From Blastocladiella emersonii ATCC 22665 (Eukaryota; Fungi; Blastocladiomycota), in NCBI GenBank assembly GCA_025594325.1, contig JANHCV010000006.1, positions 1,612,001-1,676,000 of the forward strand: DNA of 64,000 bases. Reading direction: 5' to 3'. A program made the translations under genes and the position numbers. Of the stretch, positions 33,905 through 45,318 are shown in pieces (the stretch's first letter is position 1; every line of letters begins with the position of its first letter). The notes below the pieces were generated by a model. The model was given only the letters and a program-made list of their open reading frames with translations, did no database searches and was not told where the DNA came from.

Positions 33905-35110
33905 ATGTCCAACGACCACCCGCCAACACCCTCACCCGCCGCCGCGCTGCACGCCCTGACGCCGCACGGCCTGCACCGGTACCTGCGCGCGTCGGCGTCG
34001 TCCCGCTTCGCGCTGATCGTGCTGAACCGGCCCGTGACGGGCCTCCCGCGCGCCGTCCTCGAGGACCTGTGGGTGCACGCCGAGTGGCGGCTGTGCGCCG
34101 ACGGCGGCGCGAACCGCCTGCACGACGCGGTCGCCGACGACCCGGTCCTGCAGCGCCGTCTGATCCCGCACGTCGTCGCCGGCGACCTCGACAGCGCGCG
34201 GCCCGAGGTCCTCGCCTTCTACCGCCAGCGCGGGTCGCGCATCGCGCACTCGGATTGCCAGAACTCGACGGATTTGGGGAAGTGTATGGCGATCCTCGCC
34301 GAGATCGAGGCGCGCGCCGAGAGTGCGGCAGCGCCGCCGCTCGACGTGGTCCTGCTCGGCGGCACCGACGGCCGGTTCGACCAGACCATGGCCGTCGTGC
34401 ACGCGCTGTACAAGGAGGCGGCCGCCTCATCCTCGCCAACCCCGCGCCGCATGCTGCTCCTCGACGAGCACAACGCGCTGACGGTCCTCGGCCCGGGCAC
34501 CCACCGCATCGACGTGCTGAGCGGGATCGAGGGCCCGCACTGCGGCCTGCTGCCCGTCGGCACCCCGGCCGTCGTCTCGACGCGCGGCCTGCGCTGGGAC
34601 ATGGACCAGTTCCTGCTCTCGTTCGCCACCATTGTCTCGGCGTGCAACCAGGTCGACCGCACGCACGCGGCGACGCACCCGCCCGCCGACTGGGTCACGC
34701 GGCCGGCGCGGATCAAGGGCACCACGTTCGACGATATCGCGCTCGCGGCTGCCGAGCGAGCCGCCGCCGAGGCCGCTGCGACCGCGGACGCAGGGGTCCC
34801 GCGCCCGCCGTCGCCCGTGTCGCCCGTCGGCTCGAGCCCCGTCCTCTCCTCGTCCTCCCGCACATCCGTCGAGTCGGTAGCAGGCGTAGGCGGAGGAGGC
34901 GGTGGGCTCGTGTACGCCGCGCCGCCGTCGCCGCCGCTCGACGCTGCTTCCACGCCCGCCCCGCCGGCCAAGCTCCTGGCGCGCGCCGAGTCGGCGCCGC
35001 AGCTCCTCCCCGGCGAGCGCGTGTCGACGGTCCTCGTCGAGACGTCGCACCCAATTGTGTGGTCTGTCGCCGTCGACCTCACGGGCGGCGCGCCCGAGTC
35101 GGTTGCGTGA
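33905..35110 (+). CDS. THI80: Thiamine pyrophosphokinase
   Basis: Motifs are ALIVLN, LCADGGANRL, GDLDSAR, CQNSTDLGKC, GGTDGRFDQTMA, GPHCGLLPVG and TRGLRWD. Confidence 0.9.
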   Translation: MSNDHPPTPSPAAALHALTPHGLHRYLRASASSRFALIVLNRPVTGLPRAVLEDLWVHAEWRLCADGGANRLHDAVADDPVLQRRLIPHVVAGDLDSARPEVLAFYRQRGSRIAHSDCQNSTDLGKCMAILAEIEARAESAAAPPLDVVLLGGTDGRFDQTMAVVHALYKEAAASSSPTPRRMLLLDEHNALTVLGPGTHRIDVLSGIEGPHCGLLPVGTPAVVSTRGLRWDMDQFLLSFATIVSACNQVDRTHAATHPPADWVTRPARIKGTTFDDIALAAAERAAAEAAATADAGVPRPPSPVSPVGSSPVLSSSSRTSVESVAGVGGGGGGLVYAAPPSPPLDAASTPAPPAKLLARAESAPQLLPGERVSTVLVETSHPIVWSVAVDLTGGAPESVA

Positions 35111-35651
35111 CAGGCTCGCGAAGGAGGGAGAGCGGGCGAGTCGGCGCCCGCGGATATTATCGGTTACCATTTGAGGTCATTTTGCGAAATACACACACGC
35201 CATTCTCATGATCCGTATTCGTTCCGGAAGGTGAGGCGAAGCGGGATGCTTCGCGTTGAGTTGAGTGCGCTTCCCCCGAAGCAGCCGCGCGTGGCGGTGC
35301 CGCCGCCGCCGACCTTCGACTTCTTCCCCCCCTCCTCTCCCCCGCAGCGCAACAACAAACGCTCTTTCTGCAACGAAGCTTCGATCCATCTTTCACGGCG
35401 CGCGGCCGGCTGCAACGGTCCGGCGCAGCAAGCAACCGATCTTCTTCCCACGAGCGACGCGCCAGTCCGCACAGCAGCAGCCGTTGCGTCGCGCCGCAGT
35501 TCGACGACGACCACCGCCGCAGCGTGCGGCCCATCCGCGGCCGCCGCCTACTGTAAACTCGCGGTTTGGGCCACGCCGTCCTTCCTCTCCTGCAGACGCG
35601 GTGTACACCAGCCCGCGCGCACCGCAAACCCCGTCCCATCACCCACCAACC

Positions 35652-36852
35652 ATGTCGCTGCTGACGTCCGAGGGCCGCGCCGACTTCCGCAAGTTCCTGC
35701 GCCGGAGCCGCGTCGCGCGGACGGCTCTGACCGCCTCGGTGGTCCAAGCCGTCGTCCAGGTCGCGCTGGAAGCCGCGATCGCGGCGCTGTTCCTGCGCAA
35801 CCTGCGCAGCGTCCCCGCGACGCGCGCCGAGGGCGCGAGCGAGCGGCTCGTCGAACTACGCGCGCTCGGCGAGGCCGTGTCCGTGTACCACGTCATCTAC
35901 CTGCTGGCGGCGGTTGGCCAGCCGCTGCTGACGCTCGACAGCATCGCGACGCAGAACGCGATCCAGCTCGTCGCCGTCAACGTGCTCAACGTCGGCCTGC
36001 TCGTGTACAGCTGCATCCAGTACCTGCAGGAGAAGGCCATCTTTGACGAATTCCGCGCGGCGCTCGTGGCGAGTGGGCCGGCGGGCGGGAAGCTCGCGGA
36101 ACGCGTCACGCAGAGCGCGTGGAGTCTGCCCCTGCAGATGGCGGCGATCGCCGTGAGTGCGGTGCTGTGCTTCACGACCGCGGTCTGGGCGTGGAAGCTC
36201 TCGGCCGAGTACGACTGGGCCATCTACCGCCGCGTCGGCGCTGACCACCGCACCCGGCGGATGCTCACCGTCTACTTTGTCCTGCTCATGCTGTACGTCT
36301 TCGCGTGGATCGAGTCCCGATGTGATGGCTGACGCGTGGACGTGTAGCCTGAAGCTCGACGTCTTCTTCTACTTCACCTTCGCCCTGCAATTCCTCGTCG
36401 TCTTGTGGAAACAGTCCCAATCCCTCGCCAACATCGCCATTCACATCGTGGTCTCCGCCGCCATGATCGTCGCCCTGTACCTCCTCGCGACGCGCGGCAC
36501 CCGCGCCGAGCGACGCTGGATGATGGCCGCGTTCATGGCGGGGACCGCGGGCAGCGTCGCGTACCTCGCCTACAAGCTCGCCCAGGTCGCGACGCAGGAC
36601 CGGTTCATGCCCGTCCGCCGCTCGCTCAGTTTCGCGATCGCCGGGTGTATCGCGCTCGCGATCGTCACGTTCGGCGTCGCCGCGGTCGCGGTGAGGAATT
36701 TCGGGCGCGGGCTCGTCGCGCACCTCGACCCGCGGGCCGCGGCCAACGCGGCGGGCGCGGCCAAGGTCAGCGGCGACGGCGACGAGGAGCGCGCGGCCAT
36801 GGCCACCGTCACCGTCAACGTGGACCCGCCGCCCATGTCCCAAGTCTGCTGA
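35652..36852 (+). CDS. Fungal multi-pass membrane protein (UPF0658-like)
   Basis: ATG at 35652. An intron near 36294-36348 gives WKLSAEYDWAIYRRVGAD...LLML/LKLDVFFYFTFALQF. Several TM segments are present. Confidence 0.6.
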
Positions 36853-36957
36853 TTTCTCCTCTCCCCTCCTCTCCCTCTCCAACCTGTCCCCTTACACCCA
36901 CCACTCAAGAGATATAACTTATTACTTACCTGTGAATTGATTACTCCTCCACCGCCA

Positions 36958-39159
36958 TCAACCACGCAGCGGCATCATCGACCCGCCACCCACCCCGACC
37001 CCTCTGGGCGCCGGCGACACGCGTCCGCTCACCCCCATCCCTGCGCTCGCCGCCCCTCCGTCAAACTCTTCGCTCGGCAACGTCGCCATACTACTCGCCC
37101 CCGTCCCCGTGCCCGCGCTGACGGGCGCGCTCGGGTGCAGAATCCCCGCGGGCCCGCGCATCGCGTCGCGCGGGTGCGCGCGCCGCGGCGCCGGCAGCGA
37201 CCCGGCGGACCCCGACGTGTGCAGCTCGGGCGAACCCGCGCGCGCGTGCAGCAGGCCGCTGAGCAGGCGCGGGAGCGCGAGCGGCGACGAGCGGCGCGGC
37301 GTGGCAGCGGCAGCGGCTGCGGCGATGGCGGCGGCCGAGTGGGGTGTCGCGGGCGGCGCAGCGGAGTAAGGGGTCGAGGACGTCGCGGGCGACGTGGTCC
37401 GTGACGACCGCGCGCTGCCGTTCCCGCTGCTGCCGGGGGACGCGGACGTGGGCGACTGCGAGGTGGTGCCGGGGATCGCGAGCGGTGGGGGCATTGGCGA
37501 CGTCGACCGCTGCGATGGTGGCGGCGGGGTCGCGGGCTGCCGGAGGACCGGCGTGGACCCGTGCACTGCGCCCAGCGGGTTGCCGAGCGGGCGCGGGTGG
37601 CGCAGGGCACCGTTGGCGGTGATGGCGAGGCTGTCCATGGACGCGGCGATCGCGCGGCCGGGCTCGACGCCCTCGAGCGGCTCCGAGGCCGCGAGATTGG
37701 GCGAGCTCGGGGCGGTCGACGGCGGGAGCGGGACGGGCGGGTCGACGCACCGGACCCACGAGGGCGGTTCGCCGACCGAGGCTTTCGTCGGGTCGACGAT
37801 GCCCGTGTACCGGCCAAAGATCTCGTAGTCAAAGTGCGTGTACTCGGCCTCGAGGATCCCGAGCTCGCGCGCCATCGGGTGGTCCTTTTGGCCCGACCCG
37901 TTCGACCCGGCGCCGCCGTTCTTTTTGCGCGGCCGCGCGACGAGCGGCGAGTCTTCGAGGAGGAGCTCTTCGAGCTCGTACCGCGCGTCAAAGTTCATGG
38001 CCGTCGTCTACACGCGCGCGGGCGAGTGAGTGGGCGATGCGATGGCGAGCAGCGTGAAACGGAACGTACGTCGGGGACAAACGGTGGCGGAATCTCCTTG
38101 TTGACGAGCCGGTTCCAGTCAATGTCGTGCTTGAGCATCAGGTTGTGCTCCTTGATGTCGAGCGGGCCGCGGTGCCCGCACCCGAGCCGCCGCGCCACGT
38201 TGCGGTCCATGAGCTACGACGGCCACCAAAAGTCAGATCAACACCTTCATCACACACCCGCAAAAACGGACCGAGAGGACAAAGTTGAGCATCTCGGGCG
38301 AACACTCGGCGCGCCACTGGATCGGCTCGTTCTTGACGGCCCACGCGAGCTCCTCGAGCGTGCTCGCCGTGAACGGCCGCTCGCCGTGCAGCAGCTCGAA
38401 CAGCGTGACGCCGAGCGACCACCAGTCGACCGACTCGCGGTACCCGACCTCGGTGTACACCTCGGGCGCCATGTACCCCTGGGTGCCCGTCTCGGAGACG
38501 ATGGCCTTGCCGTCCTCGAGAAAACACGCGCAGTTGAAGTCGGTGACGTGCACGTGCCCCGCCGAGTCGAGCAGGAGGTTGTCGGGCTTGATGTCGCGGT
38601 GGATGATGTCGCGCGAGTGCAGGTAGATGAGGGCGCTCGCGACCTCGGCGCCGTAGAAGACGACGAGCGGCTCGGCCAGCGTGTCGTTGCGCGACAGGTG
38701 GAACCGCAGGTCGCCGCCCAGCATCAGGTCCGACACCATGAACAGGTGGTCGTCGTCCTGGAACGCGTAGCACAGGTTCACGATGAACGGGTGGAAGATG
38801 CGCTCCAGCAGGTACCGCTCCCGGATGATGTTGCGGTACGCCCGCTGCTTGATGATGTGCTCCTTGTTCATGTACTTGAGCGCGTAGATCTTCTTGTCGC
38901 TCCTCCGCTCGACCACGCGCACCTGGGAGGGGAAGCGGAACCGGGTTGGTCAGTGGATCACTCGGCACGATGCGCAGGGTGCAGCGCGCGCGTACCTTGC
39001 CAAAGGCGCCCTTGCCGATGACGCGGCCGAGGTGGAAATGGCGGAGCTCGACTACATGATCCGACGCGTGGTCAGCAGGGGATCGGATCGGACGAGCGCA
39101 GCCAAGAGCGACGTACCAGGCGCATTGGGGTCTAATGGCGTCGAGTACTGGTTCCCCAT
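36958..39159 (-). CDS. AGC Ser/Thr kinase, STK32/YANK-like, multi-exon
   Basis: Starts MGNQYS (possible myristoylation). Kinase motifs are IGKGAFGK, YALKYMNK, HRDIKPDN, TDFN and GTQGYMAPE. The C-tail NFDARYELEELLLEDSPL resembles STK32. Confidence 0.88.
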
Positions 39160-40078
39160 GCCGGGCAGCCCTCACTCACCCGCGCGTGTGCGAGTGTGAG
39201 GCCGGGAGACGATCAAGTCGGAGCGGAAGTCGGCGCCGGGTGCCACAGGCAATCTGGGTGGCGCAGGCGGTGGTCGGCCGGCCGGTTGGGTGTTGCCGCG
39301 GCCGGAAATACTCGCGTGCGAGGCAAGGCGAGCACAAGGCAGGATCCACGCAGACTCGCCGTCGCGACAGACAAACGAAACGTGTTCCCGTCGCTGATGA
39401 CGAGGTCGCGATGCGATGCGATGCGATGGACAGCGTCACCGAGGACCCCAAATTCGAGCGAGCGAGCGAGAGAGCGGCCCGCGATGAGGAATCGGGTGTG
39501 GCAGGCGAGGGATCCAGCGAGTCGCAGGGAAACCCAAACGCGCCAAGCAGTGAGGGAGAGGTGGAGGGAGGTGGAGGAGGAGACCCAGTCCGGGTGCCTC
39601 GCGGGAAAAGGATCGGCAGCGGCGAGGTGGTGCGAGCGCGGCGATCACGGCGTGATCTCGGCGGCGGCGGCGGGCGAGCAATGTGCGAGAGCCGAGCGTG
39701 GTGAGTGCCGCGGGCGACGGCCGGAGGTCGGGATGGGATACACGCGAGGCGGCGCGGGCGCGGTTGGCGCGTCGTGGTCGATCGAGTGCGTGCGTGCGGC
39801 GCGGTCAGCGGCAGAGATCCATGGGCCGACAGCGGCAGTGAGATGCGATGCGTTGGGTGCGGAGAGAGAGGAGGGGAGGGAGCGCTGCCGAGCACAAGGG
39901 GAGGGGAGGGGAAGACACGGTGCGACGCGCACGTGGGCTCAGCCGTGGCTTCATCAAGCCTGAAACGCGGTCGCTTCATTGGGAAACGGCGTGCTCGCCT
40001 CGCGCGCGTTTCACGACAGCTGGCATCACTCGCTGCTACGCGTCGACGTGCATGTAACGGACACTCCCACACGGATCT

Positions 40079-41119
40079 CTATTCGTCGTCCTCATCGCTG
40101 ATCAGGCCTGCAAACCCGCCGCCCGCGACCACCTCGGCGTCCGCGTTCGCAGCGCGGGCCTCCCGCTCGCGCTCGGCGAGGCGCGCGGCGCGCTGCTTGA
40201 GCCGCTGAAGGAGGGTCTTGGCCGGGGAGAAGATGCCCTGCGTCGGCTGCTTGCACGCGGCGCACTTGGGGCTGGTGCGGTGGTGGTCGATGGCGCACTT
40301 TTCGCAGAAGAAGTGGCCGCACTTGGTCTCGATTGGGTTGACAAAGTCCTTGCGGCAGATGAAGCACGCGAACGGCAGCTCGGCGTCCTTGTCGACCGCC
40401 TCCTCGACCACGGCCTCGCCGAGCGCCGCGTCCTCGGCCGCGGCCAGCGCCGCCTTCTCGGCGGCCTTGCGCGCGCGCTGGTTCGCGTCCCACTCCTTGT
40501 CGATCTCCCACCCGGCCTTGTAGTCGCCGCGGTCGTGCAGGAACTTGCAGCTATCCCCAAACCCGCAGAAGCCCGTCTGCTTGTAGTCCTTGCACACGTC
40601 CGGCTGGTAGTCGAACCGCGCTGTCACGCGGATGTGCGCCGACGCCTTCTGCGGGCCGATCCGGTTCTGCCGCTCCACGTACTTGCCGCTGCCCTGCTTC
40701 ACTTTCGACAGGTCGCCGTCCACGTCGATGGTGCGCGTCGCGTCCGCGTCGCGGTCCCGCTTCGCGTCTACACTCGGTGCGCGTGTGAGACTCGCACTGA
40801 TGATAGCTCCGGTATAGGGTAACGCACCCGACGAGGCGTACGTCACCTTGAGCGACTCGGCCTTCGCCGGCCGCTGCGCCTTGGACGACGCGACCAGCTT
40901 GGTCAGGTCCGCGAGCGACGGGTCCTCGTCCTTGCGCGCGCGCTTGGCCCCGCGCACAATCTCAGCGGAATCGTCGTCTCCATCATCGCTGTCATCGGTG
41001 CGGGGCCGCTTCGCCGTGGGCTTGTCAGCGGCCGACGCCGCGGATGGCCTTGGCGCGTCGTCGCCGCCGTCCTTTTTGCGGATGTTGCGTTTTGCGGCCG
41101 CTCCCGACCGTTTGAACAT
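40079..41119 (-). CDS. CWC24: Pre-mRNA splicing factor Cwc24 (RNF113; CCCH + RING)
   Basis: [35 protein letters not shown] and the [12 protein letters not shown]...[10 protein letters not shown]...CAAC. ATG at 41119. Confidence 0.93.
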   Translation of the reverse strand: MFKRSGAAAKRNIRKKDGGDDAPRPSAASAADKPTAKRPRTDDSDDGDDDSAEIVRGAKRARKDEDPSLADLTKLVASSKAQRPAKAESLKVTYASSGALPYTGAIISASLTRAPSVDAKRDRDADATRTIDVDGDLSKVKQGSGKYVERQNRIGPQKASAHIRVTARFDYQPDVCKDYKQTGFCGFGDSCKFLHDRGDYKAGWEIDKEWDANQRARKAAEKAALAAAEDAALGEAVVEEAVDKDAELPFACFICRKDFVNPIETKCGHFFCEKCAIDHHRTSPKCAACKQPTQGIFSPAKTLLQRLKQRAARLAEREREARAANADAEVVAGGGFAGLISDEDDE

Positions 41120-41332
41120 GGTGGTTGATTGCGTTGCAGAGACTGTGGGATGCGTTGCGGGGAGCGGGGACCGCTCGCTGACCAATTTCGCGAGAAGAAG
41201 AAACGCAGGGTGGCCACGCGTCAGGTGCGGCGCGTGACCGAGAAAAACAAGTCCCCTGGCCTCCCGCGCCGCGGTGATCCGCCCAAGGCCGGCGCCACGC
41301 CGTACGCCGGCCCCCACACGCACCCCACCGCC

Positions 41333-43205
41333 ATGTTCTCCATCACCGACCTCCCCAAGGGTGCGCGACTCGCCGCAACGGCCTCGCGTGCCGCCGCCCG
41401 ACCCGCCGCCATGTGCTGATCTCCAGCTCCTTCCCGTAGGCACGGCCTTCGGCCCCGCCGCCTCCGAGGCGTGCTACCCGTACGACATGCCGTACCAGCC
41501 CTTCAACAAGCAGGAGAAGCTGGGCCGCGTCGCCGACTGGCTCGGCACCGAGGAGCTGTCGGGCCGCCCCGGCCACCAGCAGCAGCGCGGCGGGCCCCAG
41601 GGCCAGCAGCAGCGCGGCGGCGCCAAGGGCGGCCGCGGTGGCGATCGCCAGGGCGCCGAGGGCACCGCGTCCGCGTTCGGCTTCCAGCAGGAGTACGACG
41701 AGGCCTCCTTCTCCACCGTCAACTCGACCGGCCGCACCGCCGCCGCCATCGGCCCCACCCCGACCATCGTCCGCGGCGCGCCCACGGGCCGCGGCGGTGC
41801 TGGGTTCGGCGGCCGGGGCGGCAGTGCGCAGCGCGGCGGCCGCGGTGGCGCCAGCAACGTCGGCGGGCGTCCCGCGGGCGGCGAGCAGCGCCGTGGCCCC
41901 GGCGGCGCCCCCTCGCAGGGCGGGTACCAGGGCGGCGCGCGCCAGCAGGGCGGGCAGGGCGGGCGCGGCGGATACCGCGGCAACTTCCAGCAGCGCATTG
42001 TGCGCGACGCGTCGCTGGCGATCGGCGCCGACTGGTCGGTCGTCACCGAGTTTGAGCTGCCGCGCCTCGCCAAGACGCTGGCGGTGCCCGAGGTGCCCGA
42101 CAACGAGGTGCTCGACATGAACGGGTCCATTGCCACCTACACCAAGTCGTTTGACCGCGTCAACACCAAGAACCCCGTGCAGCTCGCCACCTCGGACCGG
42201 TCCAACCTCAAGTCGTCCAACGTGACCACGTCCGAGGACCCCGTCATCCTCGACCTGATCGCCGAGGGCCCCGCCAAGCCCACCGTGTACGCGACCGACG
42301 CCATCCTGTCGCAGATCATGGCCGCGCCGCGGTCCGTGTACTCGTGGGACCTGGTCATCACCCGCATCGGCGACAACGTGGTGCTGCTCGACCGCCGCGC
42401 CGGCGCCCTCGACCTGCTCTCGGTCAACGAGAACGCGCACGAGCCGCCCGCCGACCACCCGACCGACAAGGACTTTATCAACAACCCGGGCAACCTCGCC
42501 ATCGAGGCCACCTACATCAACGCCAACTTCTCGCAGCAGGTCGTCGACCACGCCAAGCGCGTCAACTTTGGCGCCGCCTCGCCGCTCGCCAATGGCGCCG
42601 ACGCCGACGCGGTCCCCTCGGCCGGGTACATGTACCGCAAGTGGTCGTTTGAGGACCGGTTTGACGTGGTGGCCCGTACCGAGATCGACGCGGTCGCCGA
42701 GGAGGCCGGCGGCAAGCAGGTGATGCTCACGGTGCGCGCCTTCAACCAGGTGCCCGGGCTCGCTGGGCAGACCATCGACTGGAAGAAGCAGTACGACTCG
42801 AAGCGTGGCGCGATCCAGGCCACCGAGATGCGCAACAACGGGTTCAAGGTCGCCCGGTGGACCATGCAGGCGCTGCTCGCCGAGGCCGACTGGATGAAGA
42901 TCGGCTACGTCGCCCGCGTCGCCGCACGCGACCCCGCCCACCACGTCGTCGTCGGATCCACCACGTTCCGCCCCGCCGACATGGCCGCCCAGATGAACAT
43001 CACCCTCGCCCAGGGGTGGGCCCTCGTCGGCGCAATCGCCGAGGCCGCCCTCGAGCAGGACCCCGGCAAGTACGTCCTCCTCAAGGACCCCAACAAGCCC
43101 AACCTCCGCATCTACGCCCTCCCTGATAACTTTGGCCCCGAGTTCATTGTCGGCCCCAACGACCCGTTCGCTGACGCCGTCGGCATGGATGACGAGGACA
43201 TGTAA
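41333..43205 (+). CDS. EIF3D: Translation initiation factor eIF3 subunit D
   Basis: ATG at 41333, intron near 41361-41419. Motifs are [48 protein letters not shown] and [12 protein letters not shown]. Confidence 0.93.
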
Positions 43206-43518
43206 CCGAGTGGGTGGTTTGGAATACATGGAGAAGCGATCCATTTTTGAGTGCTCGATTAACTGGGTGCAGTAGCGGGCAGAGAGGCGACGCGCGGCCG
43301 TGGTCATCGTTCGCGCCCCTCGCGTGTTCCATCACTCAGCTCGACCCGCGTCTCGCCACGAGCGCCTGCACGAGCAACTGTGGGATCAAAGAACTGCTCA
43401 TATTTACACGCTCGAGTCGCGGCAACGAGACCAACTGCTTGCGCTCGCGTCGAGGAGGGCAACAACACGAGACAGAGGTCGCGCACGTCGCGCGGCCATC
43501 AGCTGCTCGCCTGCGCGC

Positions 43519-43881
43519 TCAGGCCGACTTGTCCTGCTCGCCCTTCTTCTTTGCAGCGGACGACGGCTCCTCATCAGTCGGCTCCTGGCCCGCGTGCGCG
43601 TTCGCCATGGACTCGCCCGCGACAGCGTGCCCTTGATCGGCGCCCTCGCCCTCGCTGCTCGCAGACAGGTCGCCCTCAACCATGTCGAGCCCGAGCATGC
43701 GGACCAGGTCCGGGTCGTTCTGCTCAATGTCGGCCCACCGCGCCTCGAGCTCAGCGTCGGACATCGCCATCACATTGTCGTAGACGTCGTCCAGCACGGC
43801 TTCCACGTCCGGGTTGTTAGCGTCGACGACGATCTCCGGGTAAGCGTTGTTGGAGGAAGTGGCCGGGTCGGTGTGATCCAT
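43519..43881 (-). CDS. Small acidic hypothetical protein (120 aa)
   Basis: ATG-to-stop ORF with host-like C/G-ending codons. No family recognised. Confidence 0.5.
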   Translation of the reverse strand: MDHTDPATSSNNAYPEIVVDANNPDVEAVLDDVYDNVMAMSDAELEARWADIEQNDPDLVRMLGLDMVEGDLSASSEGEGADQGHAVAGESMANAHAGQEPTDEEPSSAAKKKGEQDKSA

Positions 43882-45205
43882 GGTGGTGATGGCGTGAAGG
43901 TCGTGGGGAGCGAGGAGGAAGCCGCGTGAGTCGCAACGAGATGGACGACGCGTTCCAGCGTCGCGTCACCACCGAGCGCGCAGCTCGCCCACATCACCGG
44001 GGGAGCTCCTCCGCTGCTCCCCAATGCAATCCATGGAATCGCTTACGGAATCTCATGTAACTTGCTGCATCACGTTCAAACCATGCTTCTCGGGCGGTGC
44101 TCAACTCGTGGGCCCAGGTTGCGCAGTTGAGATCGACGGTGGTCTGATTGTCACGTACTTGTGAGCAAGCCGGCAGTTCCGGCGTCCCCATCTTCTCTTG
44201 CTCGAAATGTTCATGTCCGAAACCCAGCTCAACTGGTTTCTCGCTGGAATCACGTTCGGTGTGCCCTCGCGCAAAATCGGGAGGGCACCCTTTCAAAGTC
44301 GCATGGCCAGCTTTTCAATAACGAGGCACTGCCACGCCTTCGGTTGCGCTGGACTCGACCTCTAGAGCACCTGTGCCGCTCGGCCTTATTTCCTCCGGGC
44401 TCTCCTCGCACCGCTCAGATGTTTTGCGGCTGTTCCTTCCTTGATTCGCACCCTTCTCGCTTAATCGTCTCAACTCTGTACTTGCGGTTCACATTCCAGA
44501 ACATCGGAGAAACGAGTTCCCGGGTCTTTCTCTGTCACGCGCCTGAAAGCATTCTCGACCCCAATCACGGCACGGAGACGGATGGGAACATTGTCGTCGT
44601 CCCCACTTCACAACAATTTCACCGCTGTTTCGTGGCAACTCACGTTCAAGGGGTCGTGTACCTAGAACATCCTCCCTCTCGCCGGGCCAAGCGCCTGCAC
44701 CTGACAAGCTCCAAACATCTTCGGCAGCTTTCTCCATTTATTTACCTCGCTGCACTGCTCTCTCAAGTCTATTCACTTGCGCCGCGGCAACTGTGGCACA
44801 TTGGACGCCGCTCGCACGAGCTGCGTCCAATTTCCAACAGCTCCGCCTAGGCGAAGTGCGTAAGAGTAATGTGCCGGGACTAGCTGATGGTCACCTTAAT
44901 GCCACCTCGCCTTGTTCTTAGTGCAGCGGCTACACTGACAATTCAATGAACGAGCGGAAGAACCGTTAATTGTCGAAGCTGGGACGAATGGAAGGGCTTT
45001 ATGAGAAGCGCAACAGCGGTGGTGTCGCACTCGCGAAGACGAGGGGGGAAAGTAGTTGCACTGCAAGCGTGAAGCGTGTGAGCCCTGCTCTGGTGCGTGA
45101 CAAAAAATGGCCAGGCATTGGAGTTTCGTGCGAGTGTTCTAGATGTGATCTTTTTTTCTGCATCGGCGGGCAGTGCCGCACTGCGGGCAGTGCGGGTCTT
45201 CGCTC

Positions 45206-45246
45206 AGTTCGCGATGCGCCACCCAGGTGGTCTCACATGAGTGGCG
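45206..45246 (+). promoter_or_regulatory. Array upstream element copy 1 (CGCCAC...GTGGCG inverted repeat)
   Basis: agttcgcgatgCGCCACccaggtggtctcacatgaGTGGCG, ending 72 nt before ATG 45319. Confidence 0.6.
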
Positions 45247-45318
45247 TCAGCCAAAGCGTCAGCAGAGCTGTCGCCAGAGGGCCTCCCGGGGAGCACGTCT
45301 CACTCAACGGAAGCAACC

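Noticed and set aside
33366-39428. Pentamer runs (GACGC)n near 33366-33389 and (CGATG)n near 39410-39428 in promoter regions
   Set aside because: They are short simple repeats expected in GC-rich DNA, with no evidence of function.
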